From the NCBI RefSeq assembly GCF_001194135.2, contig NC_068982.1, forward strand, positions 146,773,320 through 146,837,319: a stretch of DNA of 64,000 nt, read 5' to 3'. Each line of letters opens with the position of its first letter. Position 1 is the stretch's first letter. Origin of the DNA: Octopus bimaculoides (taxonomy: Eukaryota). The notes beneath the pieces are model-generated. The model saw nothing but the letters and a program-made list of their open reading frames with translations, was not told the DNA's origin and made no database searches. The position numbers and the translations under genes are program-made. This document shows positions 49,976 to 63,995 of the stretch, piece after piece.

Positions 49976-52059
49976 TAAATATATATATATATATATACAT
50001 ACACATGTGTATATATGTTTGTATGCACATATATGTGCGTGTGTGTGTGCGTGCGTATGTGTGTATGTGCGTGCGTGTGTGTGTGTGTGTGTGTATGTTA
50101 TTTCGGAGACATACTTTTCTAGTAAGTGATTTTATTTGAGACTGCATTTTGAATTTGAAAACAATAACAGCTTGGAAGACATTCAAAAACATACACAAGC
50201 TACTAATTTCTCTGTAACATTTATTATTTGGTGTCGAAACGGTCAATTTGGAACTGTATCAATGACCATATAACAGTTGGTACGACGAAAACTTTGTCAC
50301 GAAATAATGAATGAGTAAATGGAGGTAGCAGGTTTTATGTATTTTTGAATGGCTATTATGTATCTTCACATCATTCGTTGAAAGATAACTTCACAGAAAC
50401 TCCACACACCATATCGCGTACAATATCTTCAAACCTAATCTATTAGAATAGCATCAATGTAATAAAATCCAAGGATGCATTATTTCACACCATCATTCAA
50501 TGTGTTTTGTAGCCAAACACATCCATAGGTTAAAAAAAAAAGGACGAAAGTATACGTTCGCCTGTACACCTTTATATATTCCCAGTCATACTAGCATTTG
50601 TCTTGCTAATTTCTTAATGTCAGAAGGTGGAAAATTTGAGAAATTTTATATAAACAAACTTCAAACGTTTTACAATCAAACCAGTCGGTTGATGACTAGA
50701 AACGTGACCTTCTAGGATCTCGCAAGCGCATTAAAAGCGACTTCCTATACACACATACACACAAATATTTATTAAATGCTACATTCCGACGAGCACTATT
50801 AAAGCTAGAAAATAGGTCTATACATGAGCAAATATATGTATGTGTCTACGCACACACACACATATATTTCGAAATAGGGAGTAACAAACAGTCAACAGCT
50901 GAGGAGTTACACTTCTTTTGGTATTTTGTGCCGTACTTGTGCTTGCGTATTTTTCACTCGTTGTCGATGTCCTGTTCTTACTGTGTATTTTTGGATTTTT
51001 CTTGTCCTGTTCTTGTCTCTCGTGTGTTTGCGTGTTTTTCGCTCGTTGGTGATGTCCTGTACTTAATGTGTATTATANNNNNNNNNNATATAAATGAGTA
51101 ACAAGGATGTACAGGTATCAATTCATTACGGCCGTTTCAAGCGACTCCTTTAATTCATCAATAAAAACATTACATCACTGTAAAAAAAACCTTTTCATCA
51201 AATGACTGCATTGACTTCACACACAACGGACAAACCAACTGCTTTACCATATTCGTATCATCTACGGAGCTCCAATATTTACATTGATTCTGCTGTTGTA
51301 TCTTGGCAGAATGAGTTTAGAAAAATAGTCAATGTTGTGTCGAATCTAGTAGAACTTAGAGGTTAGTAGAGGTTATAGTTAGTGGGGAGGAATAATTGAG
51401 AGTAGTGACCTAATTACCTACACTTCGAAGACAACAGGGGAATGCAGTCTTCAATCATCAAAAACTAAATCTTTTGGGAGTTGAAGCTGTATTCCAGACA
51501 AAGGTGATAAATTAATTAATATCATGACAACCTATTAGACAATCTAAGTACTGGAACCTTATATCCGGCTTTGTCTACACCAAAGGGTGAAGCTTGGAGT
51601 GATAAAAGAAGGTAGAATGCCTGATGGGGAAGGGGTGATAGCTGGAAGAAAGAAGGATAGGAAGAGCTAATAAAATTTATTTTAATTGCTATCTTAAAGG
51701 GGAATGTAATGAAAAAGACTATAGGAATAAAGTATTAGAAATTAGGGGTGGAAGATAAGAACAGCGAATAAGAGTAGGCGTACAATGCAACTCAGCATAC
51801 ATATAATGTTAAATCAAGATATAATTAAACATATAGATGAAGGCTAGAAGTTACACTTACAAATTTTAATAGGGGGATACTTTAAGGTATCAGAGAAATA
51901 TTAAGACTTTTCATAAATGTAGAGTATAGAATACCCTGGTAAAGCATATGATGAATGTATAACGGAAATATTTATAATGTAAATATATACTTATAGTATG
52001 CAATTACACTGTTATTAAACTCCTTCCTATCAAATAGGGGTGGGTAAAGATAGGATATA

Positions 52060-52880
52060 GTAAAAAATGTGTTGCAGATGAGTCCAAACTCCAGAAAGCC
52101 ATAAAACGGTACGGGAGACCGAACATACCTTCAGTTGGATCTGTCCAATGGGCGGAAAAAACAAAATGCTTCTAAATGAAGATAAGTTTGATTTAATCCA
52201 CTTTGGAAAAGAGGATACTCTGAAATTACCATGTGCTCTTCCCTCAGGCGACTCCCTAGTGTCATCCAACAACATCAGAGACCTTGAAGCAATTGTTGAT
52301 AACGGTCTAAGCTGGAGTTCCCACGTAAGTAGCAAGGCTGACTTGGTCCGCAAGATATGCTCCTAGATTCTGAGAACTTTCCGGTCTAGAAATGCTCACA
52401 CCATCATCCTTCTCTACTCTACTTTTGCCCGACCCCATCTTGAATACTGTTGCCCACTGTGGTCTCCTCACACGAAGCAACTCATTATGAAGGTGGAAGC
52501 ACTCCAGAGGTCAATAACAAGAAAGATAGACGGCATGAGAGGCATTGACTATTGGGGTCAACTAAAAAAATTAATCTCTACTCTCTCCAACGCCGCCGGG
52601 AGCGCTACATCATTTGTGTGGTGTGGAAAATATCCTATCAATATTGCACAAATGATGTTAGTATCAATTTTAAAATCCACCCAAGACTTGACCCCCGTGC
52701 TATCCGCCCACTACAAAAATCGAACTCAGGACACATAACAACATTACATCACTACTACTTTACTTCAACCAGTCCAGCTCTCTTTAAAACCATACCAAAA
52801 TACGTCAAACGGAAACAGATCCCATAAAATTCAAAATTTCACTGGACAAATTTCTGAGTTGTGCCCCATATATGACTAAA
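52060..52880 (+). mobile_element. CR1-group LINE 3' fragment (different family from 48 kb)
   Basis: NKMLLNEDKFDLIHFG..IRDLEAIVDNGLSWSSHV..ILRTFRSR..RPHLEYCCPLWSP..KVEALQRSITRKI..LYSLQRRRERY. Confidence 0.9.
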
Positions 52881-53076
52881 ATATTTCACCAGGTGGTGCT
52901 ATTAAGTTAGACATGGTTTAGGCCTATACTGGCCGAAACCTGTTAAAGTTATCAGTTATCAAAGTAATGTTTAGGATAAGTAAATTAGAGATATTAAAGA
53001 ATATAAAGAACTACATTCAGATACAAGATTTAAATAAATTTAGTCCTACAATCACATAATGAATATAGCTCTTTAA

Positions 53077-53252
53077 TTCTTTTATTATTTTACTTGTTTC
53101 AGTCATTTGACTGCGGCCATGCTGGAGCACAGCCCTTAGTCGAGCAAATCGACCCCCAGAACTTATTGTTTGTAAGCCTAGTACTTATTCTATCGGTCTC
53201 TTCTACGGGGACATAAACACACCAGCATCGGTTGTCAAGCGATGTTGGGAGA

Positions 53253-53262
<10 letters not shown>
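53077..53262 (-). mobile_element. SINE family A tail
   Basis: ttttacttgtttcagtcatttgactgcggccatgctggagcac..aaatcgacccc..caccagcatcggttgtcaagcgatg. Confidence 0.9.
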
Positions 53263-53303
<41 letters not shown>

Positions 53304-53392
53304 ACACGTACATTACATCTATTGGCCAGCTAACCCATCATCGGACTTAAAGTATGGAGTACCCGTCCAATTGTGTTTACTATAACTGAAAA

Positions 53393-53602
53393 GAGGTGGC
53401 GTGCTGGCAGAATCGTTAGCACACAGGGAAAAACATTTAGCAGCATTTTGTCCAACTTTATGTTCTGGGTTCAAGTGCCACCGAGGTCCACTTTGCCTTT
53501 CATCTTTTGGGGTGGATAAAATAAATAGCAATTGAGTACCGGGGTCGATCTAATCGTCTAATCTCGCCTCTCAAATTGCTGGCGTTGTATCAAAATTTTA
53601 AA
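53393..53602 (+). mobile_element. SINE family B
   Basis: ggtggcgtgctggcagaatcgttagcac..ccgaggtccactttgcctttcatcttttggggtggataaa. Confidence 0.85.
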
Positions 53603-53608
53603 CCCATA

Positions 53609-53644
<36 letters not shown>

Positions 53645-54661
53645 TATANNNNNNNNNNNNNNNNNNNNNNNNNNNNNNNNNNNNNNNNNNNNNNNNNNNN
53701 NNNNNNNNNNNNNNNNNNNNNNNNNNNNNNNNNNNNNNNNNNNNNNNNNNNNNNNNNNNNNNNNNNNNNNNNNNNNNNNNNNNNNNNNNNNNNNNNNNNN
53801 NNNNNNNNNNNNNNNNNNNNNNNNNNNNNNNNNNNNNNNNNNNNNNNNNNNNNNNNNNNNNNNNNNNNNNNNNNNNNNNNNNNNNNNNNNNNNNNNNNNN
53901 NNNNNNNNNNNNNNNNNNNNNNNNNNNNNNNNNNNNNNNNNNNNNNNNNNNNNNNNNNNNNNNNNNNNNNNNNNNNNNNNNNNNNNNNNNNNNNNNNNNN
54001 NNNNNNNNNNNNNNNNNNNNNNNNNNNNNNNNNNNNNNNNNNNNNNNNNNNNNNNNNNNNNNNNNNNNNNNNNNNNNNNNNNNNNNNNNNNNNNNNNNNN
54101 NNNNNNNNNNNNNNNNNNNNNNNNNNNNNNNNNNNNNNNNNNNNNNNNNNNNNNNNNNNNNNNNNNNNNNNNNNNNNNNNNNNNNNNNNNNNNNNNNNNN
54201 NNNNNNNNNNNNNNNNNNNNNNNNNNNNNNNNNNNNNNNNNNNNNNNNNNNNNNNNNNNNNNNNNNNNNNNNNNNNNNNNNNNNNNNNNNNNNNNNNNNN
54301 NNNNNNNNNNNNNNNNNNNNNNNNNNNNNNNNNNNNNNNNNNNNNNNNNNNNNNNNNNNNNNNNNNNNNNNNNNNNNNNNNNNNNNNNNNNNNNNNNNNN
54401 NNNNNNNNNNNNNNNNNNNNNNNNNNNNNNNNNNNNNNNNNNNNNNNNNNNNNNNNNNNNNNNNNNNNNNNNNNNNNNNNNNNNNNNNNNNNNNNNNNNN
54501 NNNNNNNNNNNNNNNNNNNNNNNNNNNNNNNNNNNNNNNNNNNNNNNNNNNNNNNNNNNNNNNNNNNNNNNNNNNNNNNNNNNNNNNNNNNNNNNATATA
54601 TATATATATATATAAATTGAAATACGCAACCGAAAGGGCTACTACTAATAGTTACATTCTT

Positions 54662-54781
54662 TTATGATACTTGAACAAGCATATTTATAAAATACGCCAT
54701 GTATCTTCAAGCAAGAGAGCCTGAAGGATTGCTTTAAAATACAAGGCGTATTTCATAAATATGCCGGTTCAACTATCATAA
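54662..54781. other. 53-bp-arm hairpin (MITE-like)
   Basis: ttatgatacttgaacaagcatatttataaaatacgccatgtatcttcaagcaa pairs with ttgctttaaaatacaaggcgtatttcataaatatgccggttcaactatcataa around a 14-nt loop. Confidence 0.85.
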
Positions 54782-55320
54782 TAGCATGAAATTGTTAGTA
54801 ACTCTTTTGGTTGTGTATTTAAATTGATATCTCGCACTGGATGGAGCAATTTTTTGTTGATTTTTACCTCTATTGGATCTTTAAGCTAACACACACACAC
54901 ACGCGCACATTACTCGCGCGCGCACACACATCACATATACACACACATATATACTTATATACACACTTACATACCGTTGGAAAATATTAGCAACTTATCC
55001 AAATAGTCCAAAGATGTCTGCCAAGAAAACTCGCACACACGCACTTGTGCGCGCGCGCGCGTATCCTCTACAGCACACAATTGTATGCATAGAGAATAGC
55101 AGGGTGTTGAAAATATTCATAAAAGTCAAGTGAGTCCGTAATATGGAGGGGCAAAAACTGTTCAATTGGTATTTTATTTCCCTGCTACCTTTCACACATC
55201 AGTACATTCAGTAATTGTCTATCGATATGCCCACGACAGCTGCTAATACATACATTACATACATGCATACAACATACATACAAACATGAATATAGACGTA
55301 TATATATGCATGTATGTATA

Positions 55321-55384
<64 letters not shown>

Positions 55385-56292
55385 TACACACTATACACAT
55401 GTATATGAGTATATATTTCGTCAGGGAAATTTTATTGATACGCTTTATGTTCTCAAGCGGTCAAATAAAAAAAAAATCTTGTTTAAACTGTTTCCACTTC
55501 AGGTCATCACACTTTTACATTGATATACACGTTAAGAGAGTTTCCTACTTCAACATCGCTTTCTAGGCTTTCTTCTCCAGTGAGGAATACCTTTTGGAAG
55601 TTACACTCATTCTCTCCCTCACACACACTCTCTCTCTCTCTTCAACCTTTTCGTCAAACAATGCATATTTCTTATGGCACAAATGTGAAAACGAAAGCCA
55701 GAAAGAAGTAGAAAAGTAAGAGTAAAAAGTTGGAGGAGAAGAAGAAATTAGTTATTTATTCATCATCAGCTATTTAACAAGCGAGGGTTTTCAGATAAGA
55801 TTTCACTTATTTCATTCAATAAAGACCTACAGAAAATAAAACGTATAATAAAAGAAATGAATAATAATAAAAAAAGTGGGTATGAAATAAATAGGAAATA
55901 TTTCTATATATTCAGGGATGAAATAAATATAACAAAGTAAACAGAAGAAAAGGATTATATGTTAGTCATGTTAGTTGCAAATATCAAAGAAAAGATACAT
56001 TTAACAACAGGAAGGGGTAAATACAAAGGGAATAAGAGCAATTTACCTTTAACTGAAATAGCCTTTGACAATATGAGAATGGAACAATAAACTTACTTTT
56101 GGTGAATACCTGAACTAAAAACTTGAACTCTTCAGTGAACGCCGACTTGAAGTTTTACGTTGGAAATTTCCATTTATTAGATTTATACTTGCAATGAATT
56201 AATAATTACACAGCGCATAGTTTGTAAAGTATAGGTGACATGGCAGATCAAATCTATCTATCTAGCTAGCTAGCAAGCTAACTAGCTAAATC

Positions 56293-56294
<2 letters not shown>

Positions 56295-56363
<69 letters not shown>

Positions 56364-56499
56364 CTATCTCGCTCTCTCTCTCTCTTTCTCTCTATCTATC
56401 AGTCTGTCTATCTGTCTATCTCTATCTCTATCTCTCTCTTTCTTTCTCTCTCTCTATCTCTTTCTATCACACTCTATCTCTTTCTAACTCTCTCTATTT

Positions 56500-56559
<60 letters not shown>

Positions 56560-56560
56560 G
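56295..56560. repeat. (CT)n/(TATC)n microsatellite field
   Basis: Directly visible. Confidence 0.95.
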
Positions 56561-56699
56561 ACACAAGCACGTATTTATCTGTCCGTACTCATACAAAATA
56601 CACATTCATTTACATGCATACTTACATACATACCTGTGCGCACGCCTATATTTATTTGTGTTTATCTTTGTGCATTCATGTGTGCGAGAGCACTCGCGT

Positions 56700-56958
56700 G
56701 AAGTAGTCATATCTGAAGAGCTAAGGAGTTTAAATTACAGTCGTGAAGCACTGGATTCGAACCCACAGCATGGTATCTTGGCTTTTACTGTCATCGCCTG
56801 AAACTTATGCGAAGACTTGTGGAGGTGGAAACTGTGTGGAAACTTGTTAGAGGGACTATACCTGTAATTCAATTATCCAGTCTTGCCGGACTGTATCACG
56901 TTGATTCTACTTGAGATTTATGTTAAGGGTACACATCTCTGGAATACTCAGCCACTTA
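56700..56958 (+). mobile_element. Old mosaic SINE (tRNA head, family A-like core, family C-like tail)
   Basis: ggattcgaaccc B box; gtggaaactgtgtggaa core; cctgtaattcaa..atgttaagggtacacatctctggaatactcagccactt aligns to the family C tail. Confidence 0.6.
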
Positions 56959-57069
56959 TGTAAATTTCAATGAATACATTGTTGAATTGGTTAGACAACG
57001 TGACACGTGCACGTTGTTTCGGCATACATACATTCATACATACGCTCACACATTCATTCATACATACAT

Positions 57070-57110
<41 letters not shown>

Positions 57111-59480
57111 CGCGCGTGTGTGTGTGCGTGTGTGTGACAGAGAGAGAGAACGAGAGGGAGATTAAGTGCGTGCATGTGTGCGTATGTATGTATGTATGTA
57201 TGTATGTATGTATCTATGTATGTATGTTTGTATGCATGTATGTATACTTATATATATGTATACAGAGAGATACATTTGATATAATAGATTTTTACTCAAT
57301 TCCAATGAGTACAGAAGACGGCAATATTGAAACCCTAATGCATAACAGAAAATCCTTCTTGTCTTCAAGTGCTCCCTCTACGTCAAGAAATGTGATCTAG
57401 TCGACATTCTTCACCTAAGAAGGGGGACATAATCTACACAGAAGTTATAGGACGATAGCACAAAATCAATCTTTTGTAGATTTTCTTTAGACGCAGCTCT
57501 AAACTTAACCACTAACTTTCATAAATCTTACAGTATGTCAAATGAGAAACTAGCATATATATATACACTAACTCTTACCCCCGACCAATATGGCATGAAA
57601 ACGTGTTTAAACATTTGGCTACTGAATCTTCACTTAAACGTCTAATAAAATTATTTGATATCGGAACACTAGGTAACAATAAAGTCCTGTAGCAACAATG
57701 AAGCTCTGAAGCCAGTAGATTTAAATCATCTGGATCTCTAGCGCACAGCAACGGAAAAATAACAAAAAACCAGCGTAATATGATATAGTTTATGCAATCT
57801 TTTCCCTTAACGTTTAATCAAACAAAGTAGAGTGAATCTAGTCGTTAATTAACTAAAAATTTCCTAAAATCTACGTATAGAAAACTGATAAGTAATACCT
57901 AAAATCTAATAAAACCTGACTAACAATATAGAAATGCTTATATATTAAACTCATCGATAACAAAATCGGGATAAATATACATGTAGAAACACTATGACAT
58001 ATCTACATTTTATTTCTATACTATGTTGAAGCTACTTCTACTAAACTATGCTACAAAGAATGGTACAAAGATGCAATGCTATTATGGAGAGTAAATTAAA
58101 ACATGTATCTATATTTATAGTTCATCGTTCATACACAGCTATTAAAGAAATGTCTTATGAATTCCGTATAAGACCCAGCCCCTGAAAAGAAATTTAATAA
58201 ACTTTAATATGAAGTGGAAAACATTGGAAATATTGAGATCATATGAAATGGAAATCAGTCGAGAAAAGTCACACTCTACCCAATATGCACACATTTAGAA
58301 ATAACTTAATTGCAAAAACTGGGATTCTTGTGAAGTGTATATACTACGAAAAACACCCTTCATAAAACTGAAGATCCTTCGATAAGAACCTGCCACGTAT
58401 CATATCCCACTGTAAAGCCGCGACCGCATCAATACTAATGAATTTTGTAATTTTCAATTACAGACAGTATTCATAAAATTTCATAAGTTTATAAGTCTAT
58501 ATCTTAAAGCTATTACATAATTTTCCTAGTTTTCTATTTTCCTGTGTGTATATGTATATATCTTTACAAACCTTTAACCGTGTGTGTGTGTGTTTGTGTG
58601 TGCGTTTGTGTATCTATACATTTGAATTTTTGTACTATTCTATGTCTGCGGTTGTGTGGGTATATATATGTTTGTGTGTGTGTATGTATTTGTGTGAGAG
58701 AGAGAGAGGAAGAGAAAGCGAGAGTGTATGTGTATGTATATAGTCATATTTTATTTTTACAACATGAATATGCCTTAATCATATTTCCTTTTGCTGCAAA
58801 TTGGTACTATTTAAAGGCCAAGCCCTAATTTCTTTAGTAAATCAAGTGCAATAACGCCGCTATTGAAATTTCAAGACTTATTGACCTAATCTGAAGTGGA
58901 AATCTTGTTTCTCTCTGATATGTCCTTTGTAACATATTAAACATTCACTGGTGTAGAACCGCTCGATTTTGAGCAAACAAAATGAAATGCACCAAACTAC
59001 ATTTGAAAGCCAGCGCAATATTATTACGTGTTCCATTTATTTATATTTTTTATTTCTGAAAATTTTCTGCAGTTTTCTCTTCCTTCTCTTTCTGCCTCTG
59101 TAATGTATCTCTAAGCGTGTCTTTTTGGTGAGACTTATTCAGAAATATCCAATCAGAATGAAATACTTCGTTATAGAGACCACAAGTAGAATGCTTATTT
59201 GATACGGCCTGAGCCAATAACGAACCATTTGAGAAGCAAATAATTACGGAGTAAGAAACGTTAATTTATACCATATTTTTAGTAATTAATTCCACCCACG
59301 ATAGCAGTGACTACACTGTTGAGTAACTAATCGGTAAAGCAAAACGTGACACATACATCACTCAAGTCCCCAGATTTTCTGAGAGAAACGGTTGCTAGCG
59401 CTTTATTTAATTATTTTTCATTTCAGTAATAAGGGCTGATCCCTGGTATTCACAACAAACCTTCTCACAATACTGAACCT

Positions 59481-59526
<46 letters not shown>

Positions 59527-59961
59527 ACACACACATATGTATATATACATGTGCGTGTGCATATATATATATATATATACATACATATGTATGTACATGT
59601 CTGAGTGACGTATGTATATGTGTGAGTGTGTGTATATGTGTGTTGTACTGAGGTCAATAACAACGGAGCATTTACTGATGGTGAGACGACTGATTAGAAT
59701 CTTTCTCAATATCAGATGGAGGGACACAAAATTGCCTCGACCAAAGTTACTCATTGAAGATGTATGTAGACACGCATCGGAATTAAAAAGATAATCTATG
59801 TAGCCGGTTTAATCCACAACACTATTTCCCAAAGTATTTGGCTTTACTCCTATTTTAAAGATAGATATAATACTACTAATAGAGTGATGGGTGACATATC
59901 ATATTATTATTATAAAAGGCACAGGGCGATTATTACTGTTATTATTTTTACATCTATTTAC

Positions 59962-60157
59962 GCGGTGAGCAGACAGAACCGTTAGTAGACTGGACAAAAT
60001 GCTTAGCGGTATTTCGTCTGCTATTACATTCTGAGTTCAAACTCTACCGATGTCGACTTTGCTTTTCATTTTTCGGAGTCGATAAATTAAGTACCAGTCG
60101 AGTACTGAGGCCGATGTGACCGACTTATCCCACCTCCAAAAATTTCAGGCCTCGTGC
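59962..60157 (+). mobile_element. SINE family B
   Basis: aaatgcttagcggtatttcgtc..ttctgagttcaaa..gtcgactttgc..gtcgataaattaagtaccag. Confidence 0.85.
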
Positions 60158-60470
60158 TGAGTGGTCAAAGTTAATAGCCACCTCTCGGAACCGTTTCAGA
60201 TCTCCCGATCGGTCCGCCAAGAGTACTCTCTCTCCTCCCTTCTGTGCATATTGACAATTGAGCCTTTACTGCGGAAGCTGGAGCTGCTGCAGGGCATCTC
60301 GCTCGAACTGGGACGCGGAAGGGTTGTGTGGACTAATGCAGAAGGCATCACTGTGATGGTGTCGTACACCTCAGAAAATGATGTGGTCGGCACATCATTG
60401 GAGGAATAAGAAAAGTTGACGGGAGCAAGGCTAAATCCGGTCAAATCGGTGGGCTTGCGGTTATGTCCTG
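60158..60470 (+). mobile_element. Tx1/L1-type LINE RT fragment
   Basis: VKVNSHLSEPFQISRSVRQEYSLSSLL..EPLLRKL..NAEGITV (degenerate RQGCPLSPLL and YADDIT), then *EKLTGARLNPVKS. Confidence 0.8.
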
Positions 60471-61389
60471 TGAGAGAAACTTAGTAGACGGAAACTGTAC
60501 AGAAACCCATCGAGTGTATTGTACCTATAATCTAAAGTGTCATCCTTGTTATACAATTCATTATGCTGTCTTTTTTTAAATTTTAATCTGAGGGATACCT
60601 TAAGAGTACACGTGTTTCTAGAATACTCAGTTGTTTTTACCATAGAGAAATAAGAAGGCAGTTCAGTTGATTAAACATCTGGAATTGCTCATCGTCGAAT
60701 ACAGGAGCATTCCTTTTTATTTCTTAGTTGTTTGAAGTCGTTTACAGCACAATTCATGTCAGTAAACAAAGCTCTTTTCTAAGACTCCATAAAACTGACG
60801 TTGGAAATGGTATGGAGATTAGTAAACTAGAAAGAAATGTCAAACAGATATCCAAGGAGAAATTACGTAAAATAATATTTTTTTCATTCAAAATTTTCTT
60901 TCACATTTCCGAGTGAACATTCATAATTAAGCGGAAACGAATCTATAATATTACGATCTGAGATCAAAGCAAAAGTAGTAACAACACAAAACAGAATATA
61001 ACAAAACTATATTTGTTAAGAATTTACCGTGTTGGTTCATTGAGATTTTCAGGTGGGTGGTAAAAGTTAGAAAGCCAGGTGTTCAGGAGACTTGACACGT
61101 GGCAACAGTTTTTCAAACTGGAAAAATAAAAAGTAAACCTTTAATATATACCGCGTGCTTGTGTCTCCTTGCATGAATAGATATTCACTCATTGTGGAAT
61201 CTAATGTTCGCATCCATGTTGTAAGACGTATCATTTAATATTCCATGTATATACTACATATATTCACACAGACATACACAGACACACACACATACCTATA
61301 TACATACACATGTATTTATACATGTATGTATGTATGTATGTATGTATGTATGTATGTATGTATGTACGTGTGCGTTTGTGTGTCTATGA

Positions 61390-61424
<35 letters not shown>

Positions 61425-61550
61425 NNNNNNNNNNNNNNNNNNNNNNNNNNNNNNNNNNNNNNNNNNNNNNNNNNNNNNNNNNNNNNNNNNNNNNNNNNNN
61501 NNNNNNNNNNNNNCATACATAATTATATAAGTGTGTGTGTTGTATGTAAG

Positions 61551-61586
<36 letters not shown>

Positions 61587-61598
61587 GAGAGAGAGAGG

Positions 61599-61660
<62 letters not shown>

Positions 61661-61950
61661 CATACATACATACATATGTATCTATCTACGTATATATGAG
61701 TGTCTGTATGTACGTATAAATTTACTTTACAAATATTCTAGTTTCAAGTGTTTGAGTTCAGCTATGCTGGGCAGTCCCTTCAATGCAACGCTTTATATCG
61801 CAACGGCTCCATTACTTTTTCACCGTCGTGTATATTTTTTCGATTCACTAATTTTAACACAGCCTCCGTTTTGCTTTAGATGAGCTTGTGTCAAACACGA
61901 GCCGTAAACATACGCGCGTACACGAATACATACACTCACACACCCATACA

Positions 61951-62140
61951 TATAGCTGTGTGGTTAAGAGGTAGGCTTCTCAGTCATTTGATTTCAGATT
62001 CAACCTCACCGTGCGACACATTAAACGATATGTCTTCTACTATATCCTTGAGTGGACTTGTATCTTATGAGTAGATATTTGTACTAATATCTTATGAATA
62101 CAAAGCTGTTCAGAAGCCCATCGCATGTATGAATCTATGT
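61951..62140 (+). mobile_element. SINE family A head plus core, old
   Basis: gctgtgtggttaagaggt..atgtcttctactatatccttgag..cagaagcccatcg. Confidence 0.6.
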
Positions 62141-62658
62141 ATGTTTGTGTGCATGTGTATATNNNNNNNNNNATATATATTTACAGTTGGGTAGTTCTCG
62201 AATTTTATTGATGCACACATACACACACAGAGTCTCACTTTTATATATATAGATATGTACATATGTGTTTATAAGCGTGCGTAAAATACACCCCCCACAC
62301 ACGCACCGTGTTATAACTTAGAGATTCTTTAAATCCCTTAGATGTTTCATTACATACTTTAAGAATAAATATGCCTTTGTTTTGTTTGAATTAAAATATA
62401 TTACAGGTATTATTGAATAACATTTCTGTAGAAATTACCATAATTCTATTTTGTGCCACAGCTATCAAAAGTGAAAATGTACATAGAAGCTGTATTATTA
62501 AACGTTTATATGTTTTAAAAAGGTAAATATTGTAATCAGATTAAGTTACTTTGTCTATTTAGAGCACAGTGCAGGGAGGTTGTTTATGTATTTCCTGAAG
62601 AAAGCTGTTATTTTTCTAATATAGATATTTTTTTTTACCAATGCATATTTAGCCGATA

Positions 62659-63059
62659 GTGGAGGCGCAATGGTCCAGTGGCTAGGGCAGCGGACTCGCG
62701 GTCATAGGATCGCCGTTTCGATTCCCAGACCGGGCGTTGTGAGTGTCTATTGAGCGAAAACACCTAAAGCTCCACGAGGCTCCAGCAGGGGTTGGTGGCG
62801 AACCCTGCTGTACTCTTTCACCACAACTTTCTCTCACTCTTACTTCCTGTTTCTGTTGTTCCTGTAATTCAAAGGGTCAGCCTTGTCACACTGTGTCACG
62901 CTGAATATCTCCGAGAACTACGTTAAGGGTACACGTGTCCGTGGAGTGCTCAGCCACTTGCACGTTAATTTCACGAGCAGGCTGTTCCGTTGATCGGATC
63001 AACTGGAAGCCTCGATGTCGTAAGCGACGGAGTGCCAACAACACAACAACAACAGCAAC
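62659..63059 (+). mobile_element. SINE family C (OR-like), full length
   Basis: Near-identical to 20992-21370, with (AAC)n tail and imperfect TSD ttagccgata (62649-58) / ttatccgata (63060-69). Confidence 0.92.
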
Positions 63060-63803
63060 TTATCCGATAACAACAAAAACAAAGCCGACATCCGGAGCGG
63101 AGTCCCTGGAACAATAAAATGATAACTCCACTGTAATTCGAAACAAAAGTCTTCCGAGAACCGTAGTATGTAGACATCGGCGAAGAAATCGGTAGGTCAG
63201 TGCTCTTTGAGCAAAGTATCTTATGATATTTGTTCTATCACAAATTACACCGAATCACCCTCTTCTAACATGCATCATCAGAAATATACTGAACTAACGG
63301 CTTGGTTGTTGAAAACCTGTAACCAAACAAATGCGATATAAAATAGATGAATATTTATTTATTTATCAGCTCTTTTAAGTCCAATAAATATGACAGCAGA
63401 TTACGGAGAAAGCGATAGCAAGTGATGTGCATTTCCTAATCATGTAGATAGAGAGACATAACCTTCTTTCTAGTGAATAACCAAGTCATTACTCTATTGC
63501 AATCTTTAGGTCACGTATTTTCTCATTTAACTATTTTAATGAAATAAAACAAAATATTAAAATGGAATTATCGATGTGAGAAGCTAATTATTGTCATAAA
63601 AGGAATTAAATGCATTTCTTGTAAGAGATATATTGATATTTTCACAAAATTTATCTATATTTATTGAACAATTATCTCTTTATTAAACGATTATCTATCT
63701 ACTGAAAATGTTTACCGTTTTAAAACAAATATAACAAATACACACACACACACACATATATATATATATGTATGTATGTTTATATATACACATATATATT
63801 ATG

Positions 63804-63853
<50 letters not shown>

Positions 63854-63856
<3 letters not shown>

Positions 63857-63933
63857 CTGAGCGTTAAACTAATACATCCTTTTGTTGTTTACACCACCTG
63901 TCCTCGTCTGTTGATTTTTTTTCGTAAATTCTC

Positions 63934-63995
<62 letters not shown>

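Noticed and set aside
58030-58330. Frame with GNIEII*NG..KVTLYPICTHL, faintly like IP3-receptor IEIVR..FP motif
   Set aside because: Multiple in-frame stops, low similarity and no splice signals.
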